64,000 nucleotides of DNA from a virus (Duplodnaviria; Caudoviricetes): positions 451-64,450 of the IMG/VR virus record IMGVR_UViG_3300020576_001330; one strand, written 5' to 3'. Each line of letters begins with the position of its first letter. Positions within the stretch are counted from its first letter, which is position 1. The position numbers and the translations under genes are program-made. The notes beneath the pieces were generated by a model. That model saw nothing but the letters and a program-made list of their open reading frames with translations, made no database searches and was not told the DNA's origin. Of this stretch, positions 8,357-20,300 are shown piece by piece.

Positions 8357-11300
8357 TTAACAAATTCTTTTTAAAATTTTACCTATTTCTTCTACTGAAT
8401 ATCCCATTCCTTCTAATAACTTAGAATTTATCTGATCATAAGAATAAGACTTACCATCTTTTAAAGTCATTGATGGAATTTCAGGTACAAAATCTTCACT
8501 TAATTCAACAATTGGAGAAGCTTGCTTATCTCTTACTTCAAATTCTTTTGGTAAAATTATATTATTAGGTAAATTTTTATTTTCTAACAATGATTTCATT
8601 TCTTGTTCAGAAAATCCTGCCATATTAGTACCAAATTTTGTAACTAAGAATTTTAATTCAGGATGATTATTGGCTTCTTGAATTAAAGCATTTATAGATT
8701 GTTCTATTCTATCTAATGAAACACTTCTTTTAGAACCAATAGATAATTTTGTTCCTGATATAGAAGCTGCTTTTGTAACAATACCAAAAGATTTACCTTC
8801 TGTTCCCTGCATTAATTTATCAACAATTCCATATTCTGACCATTTACCTTTTGTACCTACTGGTAATGCTGTATAATTAGAGGAAGTAGTACCTCTTTGA
8901 GCTAATCCAGCAGTTCCCCCACCATGTCCTCCTGCTGTATTTGCACCAAATACAAATACTTCATTTGGTTTTAAAGAAGTTATATTTTCTGGTGTATATT
9001 CTCTTATAGTTGGAGAAGCTTTAGCTTGAATATCATCTTTAAATTTTCCTAATTCTTTAGCTACTGTTGTATAAGATTCAACTAAAACTTTAATAAAATT
9101 ACTATTTATTCCTTTACCTTCCCACCTACTATTTTTTACTCCTACTGTATGTTCAGAAGCCAGAAGAAACTGTAATCCACCACGCTCATTAATTTCATTT
9201 ATTAATTCTGGATTTTTACGAAGTTTTTGAACTTGTAATTTATACATTAAATTCATATCATATTTTAATGCTTCTTCCGTGTTTAAATGTGGGGCTTTTA
9301 TTTTAGATGCATTTGCCTTATATAGACTCTCAACATCCATTAAATCTTTAGCTTGCCAATTAGGATTTGTTAATCTCTTGCCTAATGGATCAGTAGATCT
9401 TGTTGAAATGTTTATTCCTTGTATAGAGGAAGCTTTAGCTTGAGGTTTAACTTCAGCTTTTTCAAATTCTCTTTGAGCTTCAGCCATATCAGCATCCCAG
9501 ATTGTAGGAGGAATATTTTCCTGTTCTTTAAGAGCTTCCTGTTTAGCTACAATGTCTTTATGAGCTTTATCAAATGCTTCATTTTGAGCTGGAGTTAATG
9601 CATAAGGTTGTCTTTCAGAACTTCCATATGGAGTTTTAATTTCATACTTAGCAGAATTTTTATCCCATTTAACCTTCTTTAAAAGTACACCTTCAAGTTT
9701 TATCCATTTAGGCATCTTTAAATCACCGTTTTCATCAATGAATGGAGAGTTAATCTCATCTTGTGCATTCTTAGTTGATTTTGTAAAGGTAATAGTAGTA
9801 CGATCTAAACTTGTACCTTGATAATAATCAGCTGTACGAGATTTAAGTTTATTCTTATTAATACTATGTCTGATATAATTCTCAATAGTCATATCAATAA
9901 ACTCTCTTGTATTCATGCCTACAAGCTGTTTAAAAGCCTCCTCATTAACCTTATCCTCTGTAAGTAATCTATTTACTTCCTGTGAAGCTTTAGCTAATCC
10001 TAAGAACATTTCTGGAAGCATGTACTTAACAAAACTTCCATTTTTAAACATTAATGAATCTTTAAATACCAGGTAATTAAACATGTCCTGATATAACTCA
10101 GGATTCTTTTCAGCAATTCTACCACCAGAATTTAATAAATTATCCTGTGTAGTTTCAGTAAACTTAGTTCTTGAATCCATAGTTACCTTAGAGTAACCTG
10201 ACTTAGCATCATCTTCAAATCTTAATACTCTTAACAAATAGTTATTTGGATTCTCCTGTAAGTAATTAAGTAATTTACTTGACAATGAATTATTACCTTT
10301 TAACAACAAGCTTGAGAATTTTTGAGTATTCTCTCTTGTTCTTAAAGTACTAAGCTGTAATGAAGCTATAATAATCCTTTTAATCTCAGTTCTATCATCA
10401 GATGATAAATTCTTTCCAAATGAAAAAACAAAGGCATCAAAGATTTTTTTAGCTAGTTTAGTTTCAGATATATCATAATGAGTTAATGCATCTAACGCAT
10501 CTTTAACATAAGTAATATTCTGATTTAAAACTGGATTCTGTACAATCTTAGATAACATCCCTGGAATAGGTTCAGGCTCCGATGTTTTAGGTCTTAAAGC
10601 TTTTTCAGCTTCAAGTATCTTATGAAAATCTTCAATGTCAGTACCCAGTGATCTATTAGTACTTAAGATTCTGTTTACATGAGCACGAGTTTTATCTAAG
10701 GTCATTAATCTTTCATACAACTTTAAAGCTTTATACTGAGTGGTATAATACTCAGGAGTATAAAGTTTTTGCTGTTCAGCTTTTAAAGCTGCTTCCATTT
10801 CAGCATCTGTAATATTAAAGTCTTTTGGAAGATTTTTTTCTCCTAAAGCTTTTACAATTCTGCTTAATTCAGCATCAACAATAATACCTTCCTTTTCTTC
10901 TCCTTTTGTATAAGGTAATGCAGGATTAGTTAATCTTTGAGTTTTACCTAATTCTTTTGTAATAGTTTTAATAGAAGGTTGAATAAAGTATCTGTCAATA
11001 GTCTTCTCAGGAATATTCAAACCAAACATTAACATGACCTTATTTACAGTATTGAAATCATAGTTAAGGAACTTAGCAAATGGTTTCTTCATACCATCAA
11101 TGATACTACCCAAAGTCATTGAGATCTTATCAAATTTACTACGAGTATCTTCAGTACTTGCAAAGCTGTCATATGTATTACCATTGAAGTACAATTGATA
11201 ATCTTCGCTAACATTTAATCCAAGTTGTGTTACAAATTGAACAAAGCTACTACCATTTACAGTTGTACCTACAAGACCTTTACTTTGTACAGCAGCTTGA

Positions 11301-14300
11301 CGAGCATTTAAAATACTTAATGGTGAACCATTAATACGTGTATGCTCTACATCATTCTCTTTACCCAACTTAATACTTTCATCACTCTTTTCAGCTAAAG
11401 GCTCACTAAATGCCTGCTTTAATTCAGGGGAATTAAGAATTTTCCACTTTAAATCAAATAATTTATTAGTTAAAGCCTGCTTAGCATCAAGACCAGATTG
11501 AATTAATTTTTCAGGAGTATTTGGAAGATTGAATTTATTTAATACTTGCATAAGTACTCTACTTCTTATTCTTTTTAATTCATCTTCTAAATAAGTAGGA
11601 TGAACTAAAATCTTTTTAAAGTATAACTCATCTTCTTCATTAATTATATCGTCACCAAAAGATATATTTAATTTTCTATACTCAGGATCATTTTGTAATA
11701 ATTCATTATATTCAGCTTTAACATAAGTATTATTAGCTTTTAAATCTTTTATATACCCATCAAATTTTTCTTCAGGGGTACTTTCCTTACCATATTCAAT
11801 AACTTTACCAGTAGAATCTTTGAAATATGCCTTCTTATAAGCATATAAAGCATCTACGTCAAAGTCCATACCCATTAACCATACAAAGTCTGAAGGTGCT
11901 ATAATAGTATCTCCATATGCATCTGGAAGCAATTCTACAATCTTAGCTGTAGCTATACTGTGATAAGACTGGGAAGGTACACGGAATAATATAATTTGAT
12001 CACCTTTTTTAAATCCTCTTTCATCAGCCCATTTGCGAGATACAACTACTTCAGCAGGAATTGTAGTTCCTTCTTTATGTAACATACCTTGTAAAGGACG
12101 ATATTGACCAGTTTTAGGATCTTTAATATTGTATCCTTCAGATGACATAGCTGTAAACTTCACACCAGGTACTTTCTGTCTGAATACTTCTTTATAAGTA
12201 CTTAAGAATAAATCTACAAATTTAGTATGTAAGTGAGCCAAGTTAGAGTCATACTTCATTTTTTTACCTTCTGCTTCTAACATTTCAAGCATTTGGTTAT
12301 CAGGAGTACTCTCTTCTACAATACTACGGAATTTACGCAGCAATACTTCCATATCACCACGCTCACCATTTTGAATTAATACACTTTGTACAAAGTTAAA
12401 TACCTGTGTACGCATTTGTGAATTAATTCTATTGTGCTCATCAAGCAATTCTCTTGTGGCAGGATCTTTAATCTCACTACCTAAGATATTCTCAATCTGA
12501 TTAGATGCTGTAATCTTACCAGCTTCTTTAGAGTCATTCTCCTGTTGAAGCCTTCTGTAAATATTAGGTATATTGTGAATTTGATCTTTACTTACAGTAA
12601 TCTCATTTTTATGAATCGAATCTTTTAAATTAAGAGCATTATCAGGAAAGAATAACTTTGCAGCTGTTTGTGGTACTATATGAGTTATTTTTCTATCTTT
12701 AGTGTGTTTTAATAACTCCCACTTTTTAAACAGTTCTTCTTTACCTTCTAATGGAACAAATTTACCATTAACATATTTAGCACATAACTGTGGTGTAATA
12801 TAACATACAGCCATCTTGTTAAATACAGGTCTTCCATCAGCATCAAATCCAGCTACTACTTGTTTGCTTGGAATTAAATCAACTCCAGCTTCTTTAATTT
12901 CATCTAAAGTAGGCCAAACAGGAAATCCATTTTCAATAACATTACCCTGAAGTTTATTTACTACATCAATAATCTTATCGTTAAGTCTTCCTTGTCTTGC
13001 TAAATCATCAACATAAGAATCTAATCCAGAATAAACCTGAGCATCATCTGTTTTGATTTCATCCCAACCTTCTACATCTTTGTATTGAGGATCATAGCTT
13101 TTCTCTTTTGTATCTCTGTTAATATAAGCTACAGAACCTTTAACAAACACAACCTGGTGCATATCAGTAGGATTGTTATCTCTGGCATAACTAAATCCAG
13201 CTGCATTTACCATACTAACACGTTTGATATAATCATCAAAGTTCTTAGCATTAGCATAATCACCAGATATTAACTGGTTTATACCGATTGTAGTGAGCGT
13301 ATTGTTTAAAGTAAAATTATATAAGTACCCGTTAAGATCTCCATATAATTTAATTATATCTTTATTGATTTTTGTTTCAAGTTTGTTTTCAGTAAGTAAC
13401 TGTAAATGATCTTTAACTTCATTATCAACTGCAATCTTAATTAAATCAAGTACACGATCTTTTACACTTTCTAAATCAACTTTAGCTCCTGCCAGTACAG
13501 ACATTGCTTCTGTATCAGCTGTATTATTAAACATTGCAAAATGAATCCATACAGGCTTCTTTTCTTTATTATTATTAGCTAAGAAATCATTTCCATATAC
13601 ACCATTGATTCTGTTGTATTCCTGTTTAAACAAATTCCACAGATCAGTTTTACCTTGTTCTGTGAAAGATTTAGTAACAGAATCATAATATTTAAATACA
13701 GGAAGTACTCCCCACATTTGCTGTGATTTATCAGCGTACTGATTTAATACAACTGGAGCACTTTGAATACCATTGTACTTTTGAGAACTTTGATTCTGAA
13801 AAAGTGCATGCATATAAATCAATGCATCATATGTATTGATTCTACGTGCAGTAACTCCCCTATCATCTAATTTAAGATCATAAGCTAAACCAGTCTCAAA
13901 ATTATTCATTATATTGACAATAAGAGCAGGGTCTTTACTCAATAACGGGTTAAGTTCCCAATAAGCTTTATTGGCCTCAATGAATTTTTTAGTACTTTCT
14001 ACATCCTTAAATATCTCTTTAAACTTACGAGTTTGTACTCCTAATAATGAATCTAATCCATAAGAGTACCTCTTTTTACCTTCAGCATCAGTATAAGTCT
14101 TTTGGAAAGCATATGGATCAAAGTTGGCATTAGCATTAGCTATATCAGTAAGTAATCCCTCTTGTCTTTCAAATACATTTTTATCAAGATTCTGACGAAT
14201 AAATTCAAGGTCTTTTACGCCAATAATCTTTATATTACGATCTTTTAAAATATCTCTATTTTGAATGTCTTCTGGATTATTACTAAATGAAAACTTTAGA

Positions 14301-17300
14301 TATTCTTTCTCCAGGTTAATTCCAATATTGTTAAATACTTTGAATACTTTATTTTCTAAAGACTCATTAAAGTATAACCACTTTTTATCAGATTCAGTAA
14401 ATTCAGTTTGTCCTTTTAAGAACTTTTCCAACATTACAAAATCATTTTGAAGTAAACTTAAAAGAGATTTATCTTTTAATTTTACATCTCCAACAATCTT
14501 GTTGTAAATCTTTAAATAAGAATCTTTCCACTTACCATAAGTAGTCTCGTTTAAGTCTCTTTTATTTTCAATAAACAGCTCGTATTTATCTCCATTATCA
14601 CGAGCTTGCATGTACAGAATCTTGTTTAACTCAAATGCTTTTTTAAGCTGAGTTAAAATATTCTTACCATTAACTCCAACACCATCTGTATCCTGATCAT
14701 ATCCAGAAAGCTGTACTATTCTGTTATAGAAAGCATGAATCTGCTTATTATAAGCACTCATAGCCTTCATGGTACTCATAATATCTGACGGAGAAGTACT
14801 GGCAATGGATAAAGTAGGTAACATTCTGTTATACACTTCTCTCCAAGGTAATGCAGTTTGAACTTCACGTCCAAACATATCAAAATCTTTATATAAAGTA
14901 GTAGCTAAGAGCTTTTTAATTTGAGCTCCAACTCTGATACTAGGATCATACTCAGATGACATTGCATCAAAATTTAATTCAGAATCATCATCCGTAAAAG
15001 AATCAAAATCTTGAACATTCTCCTGATAACCTTGTTGCTTCAAAAATTTAGTTACCTCAGACAAAATCAAATCTTTATTCTGAACTAACTTATTATGAAA
15101 CTTTTTCATAGCTAACAAGTCTTCAGATACGTTGACTCGACTTTTAATGAATTCAATATTATGAGGTAAAGTTAAATCATAAGCAGCTGCATAAGCATTA
15201 AATGCATTTAATATCCTACTTCCAGTTTCTGATTTATTAAATTGACTATTAAGTACTCCAGCTGCAATTGTGTAAATAATATGATTAGATTCACTTGGAG
15301 AAGTATTCTTAATAATCTTGTAGTACTCTCCAGTACGAGTATCTTTGAATGAAGAGTTTTTAAAAGCTCCTGAATCAATTCTATTGAATAAATGGATAAT
15401 ACTCTGATTACCTAATATTGTGTTAATGAAGTTTCTAATCTTTTCAAATAAAATTCTCCATACACTTTTAACTTCTTTCTGTTTATTTTGCCAATCTGCA
15501 TACTTATCTGCAAGAGCTTCTTCATAAACTCTTGTTTCCATCTCTTTATCAGAGAGCTTATCATATTGGGAAGAAGTACTACGCAAATCTTCAATAGCCT
15601 TAGCTAACTGACTTGGTGTATAATTTAACTCAGATTTAATCTTATTTCTGTACAAGAATTGCTTTCTTGGAGATAATAAGTTATTAAACAAGGCATGAAA
15701 AGCTTCGTGGTAAGTATAAGTACGAGATACACCATTAGCTATATACAATGCTTTACCCAATACAGTACCTACACGAGTACCGTTGATAATTGCGTTGGAT
15801 ACTAATGTATTAATATCTTGTACTGTAAAAGCATCGCCAAATTTATCCTGTACAAACTCACGAGCTTGTTGTACAGTAAATGGATTAGATACATCCACTA
15901 AATTTATAACTTTATCAGAAGTTGTAGTACCTGTTCCAGTCTCTAATGCAGTTCTTCTTGCATCTTCTTCTGAAATACCAGCAGCTAATAATCTTTTGTA
16001 CATTTCTTCCTGCTCAGGAGTAAATGTTACAGGTTGAGCTGGTACATTTGGAGCAGCATTAGCTAGTATTTCATCAATACCTTCAGGTTCTACTACATCA
16101 GATACTCCAAAGAAATCATTGACTTCTTTAATTTGAGCTTCTGTTTGTGGATTTAAAGCAGCTAATTCAGCATCATATTTAGCCTTGATTTCAGGTATAA
16201 TATGCTCTTTAATATAATCATCATTAGATGGATAAGTCTTTACTACTTCACTTGTACCAATTCCTGTTGCTCTTGTAAAACTTTTTTTTGAAGCATCTAC
16301 AATATGTTGTGTATCCCAAGAACCGTTATTAGAAACTATTTGGTCATAATGTAAATCTTCACCATTGGCAGGTAATATATCAATACTGTCTAATTCTTCT
16401 TGTCTTCTTCTTTCTATATCAGCTTCAATGAGTTGTCTATGAGTTTTATTTTCAGGATTATTTAACTTTTTACCTTGATAATAAACACCATCTACTTTAA
16501 CTTCATATTCTGTATTACCTACTTTACCTATTTCTATATCAGCTTTTTTAGCTTCTATTGTATTAACAGGAGTAACTACAACTGGCTGATCTTTAAATTC
16601 AAAGTTTTCAGGATAGAATGTAAATTCAGCTCCCCATTTTTTAACAATTCCTTGCTTAGTACTTGAAGCTAATTGTTTTAATGGATTAGTTACTTTCTTT
16701 TCATCTGTATCTAAAGGTAAATTTTTACGTAAAGTAACATCGCCTACATAAACTTTAGTATCTCCAACAGTTAAGTGCAGTCCAGATAAGAATTTTTTAA
16801 AATCAGCAAAGTTAGTAAATGTATTTCTAACTTTAACTTCTTGTCTTGGATTATCTCTACCTCTTCCTTCATCTAATACAAGAACTACTTTTAATGAATA
16901 GTTTTCTTCATTACTTGCTTTAGCTACACGGAAGGTAATGTTAAATTTAGAATTACTTGATTTTACAAAGAAGTCAAGCTTTCTTAACATCTCATTTAAC
17001 TGAGGACGTAATGTTTCTAAATCTACATTTGTAGGTAAGTTATGTGCATCTGTTACAACAGTATTTAAAGCATCAATACTCTCCTGAGCTTCTGCTGATT
17101 TTAAATCAACTGTATCAGGGAATAATCTTACCCAAAGAATCTTTCCATTTGGAAACTTAGCCTCAACATAATATGAACCACTTTCTAAGCCATCTGGAGC
17201 AGTTTCAGGTGTAATACCATTAACATAGTACTCCTTACCTGCTAACTTGTAAATAACAGCTCTATTTTGAAACTCAGGAAACTTTGTGGCACTTATAGGA

Positions 17301-20300
17301 GTACCATTCCCAATCCAATCAAATTCTGCTTTTGGGGTTAGATTATAGGTATTATCAGGTAATGCAGATTTATCTCCATGTTGTTCTACATAGATTACTG
17401 CCGCATCATTGAATTCTTTTGCTCTTTTCCAGTTGTCTTGGAACTCTTTATATGTTTCAGGTGTAATTTCCTGATTGTTAAACTTGAATAACTGCTTAAA
17501 CAAGTCAATATGCATATCAGTAAAAACAACAGGCTTCCAATTGTTATGTTCATCTAAATATTCGTAAAAATCTGGGTTATAACCATGTGATAGTGCATAT
17601 ACATTTTTAGAATCCTGTGGATCAGTAATTTCTAAAATAATATGTACACCTTCTTTTCTCTTACCACGTAAACGAACTTGTTTACCAAGTGGTACAACAT
17701 TACCAAATTTAGTAGGTTTAACTTTGGTAGCTTTTAACTTAATGTATTTTTTGTATTCAGACATTGGTACTGTTCCAAGTATTTTGGAAAGTAACTCATC
17801 TGCAAAATGTGCTGGAAATGCTTTTGGGCCATGTTTTTGAAGTAAACTTTCTTTAGTAGCTCCTTCAGCTTTACCTCTTTCAGAGGTCATCATATCCTCT
17901 AGCTGTTCTTGTTCACGTTTTAAATTATATCTATGAATAGCATTAAAATGATTTACCCCAAATAATCCTTCAATAGTTCTGTTAGAAGGGTTAATTTTAT
18001 TAGTTTCATTCCAACCATCTTTAGTATTTAGTACTTCACCAGTTTTAGTAATGTAATCAATACTACCATCAGGTAATCTAGTTTGACTAACTACTTCAAC
18101 TTCTGCTGGATCAGCAAGTATTCCAAATCTATCAACCTTTTGAATAGTTTTACCTGTGAATTGTGTTGTGGGCTGCTGTTGTAAAATTTGAGCAGCAGGT
18201 TGTTTCTTCTCAACTTTTGGAATCTCTGTTAATTTATTTCCGTCTATTAAAATTTTAATAAGATCTGTTAAATATCTTAACTGTCTATCATATTTACTTC
18301 TTACTTCTTGCAATTCTAACAATCTTTCTTGCTGAGCTTCTAATGCTTGCTCTGAAATTTCTCCATGCTCTAAAGCATTTAAAATTTCCTCTTCTAAAAG
18401 GTCATGTTGCTTTTGAAGAGTTGCATAATTAACAAGTCTTTCTTTACCAGGTTTATTAATTATTCCTGATTTATCATAGTTAAGAAGCTCTCTAAGTTTA
18501 TCTGTATCAGGTTTAAATTTATTTTCTTTTTTAAACCTTTCAAGTAAATTAAATCTCTCTAGAATAACTTTTGTAATTTCCTTTAAATACGCTATAGATT
18601 TTTCTAAAAGTTGTTTAATATTAGAAATTATCTTTTCTATAGACGAAAGTTTCTTTTCGATTTTAGCTTTTTTGTCTTTTAACTCAGATAAAGTTAAAGT
18701 TTTTAAACTAGGATCATTTAAAAGAGAGTTATAATATTGTAACCTATTTTCCAGATCTTGCTTAATTACAGTTAATGTTTTAATAGTTTCTTTTAAATCT
18801 GTAATTTGATCTTGTAATTCTTTAGCCTGAGAAATTAAATTTTTATATTTCTCTCTTGCATTTTTTAAGTTTCTAATATCTTTTGAATTATTTCCATTCT
18901 CTTGTAATTTAGTTTGGTAATAATTAATACTTTTTAAAGCTCTATCAATTTTAGAATTTAAAGAGTCTAAATTAGAATCTAACTGAGCCTGTAAAATTTC
19001 AACAGATTTAGCATTTTGATTTATTTGATTTTTATGTTCTTCTATTTTAGCTTTTACTGTATCAGCAACAGCTTTAATTGCTTGAGTATTACTCTCACGA
19101 GTAATTAACTCTCCCATTATTTTTTCATAATCATCTTCACCTTCAGCATCTAGTTTTTCTTTATTTACTGCTGCCTCCTGTTTAACTTCATCTTTTGTTG
19201 ACTCCGCCTTAATTTTATTATTTAATTCATCTAAAGCTTTTTGTTTAGCTTCACTTTCTTTTAATTTCTCTTCTGAATGCTTTTTATAGTCATCTAAATT
19301 TTTTAATTTAAGAAGCTTGTTATAATTGTCTTGGTGTAGTTGTTTTCTAGCTTGTACTGGAATTAAATCTTGGTTGATTTTAAACAACTCAATCGGAGCT
19401 TCTTCAATAATATTTTTAGGCTCTTCTAAAGTTTTAAAGGTTTCTTTTAAAGGCTTTAATTGTTCTTTTAAAATTTCAATTTGCTTTTTATAATCATAAA
19501 TCAATGCTTTTTCAGGAGAATTTTTAATCTCATTTTCTAGAAAAGCAATACTCATCTCTTTAAACTTAATTTGATGTTCTAAATCTCTATAATTAAAGGT
19601 ATCTTGATCTTTAGAATTTAATCTAAGTTTTGTTTTTTGATCTTGTAAATCTTTTTCTTCGGTATTAGCTTTTGTTAATCCAATAATAGTATTAAAAAGA
19701 TCTTGTTTAGCTATACGTTTAGCAATTTTAGACTCTTTAGAATCAAAGAATCCTCCAAGAGTATCTATATAATCATTAACAGCTGCATATTTATGATATG
19801 CAGTTTTAATATTACTAATTTCTTTTTGTAAATCTTCTTCTGATAATAAAGGATTACCATTAATATCTTTTTGTTGACTTACAGATTTTAAACCCTCAAT
19901 TAAATGATGTACTGTATCTGTATCAAAAGCCTTTTGTAATACTTCTGTTTTTAATCTTAATAACTTATCATCCGCATGATCAAAAGGAGTACCAGTTAAT
20001 TCTTTGGTATATTTAGAATATGCTCTAAGATCTTTATAAATACCAATGGGAATACTTACAGCTCCGCCACCAAGAAGTGACAGCATTCCACCAGATTCTT
20101 CTGAGAACTGGAAATTGGGATCATGAGAATATCTACCATCTTCATTTCTTACTATACCAATTGGTGAATAGTTTATTGAAGACATTGTATCATAAGCATC
20201 AGTTAGAATAGATGAAATCAAACCTTGATTTTCATATAACCCTAAATTTAATGCGTGATCTTGTTGTCTTTGGGATGCTGCATATTGAAATCCTTCTTCA

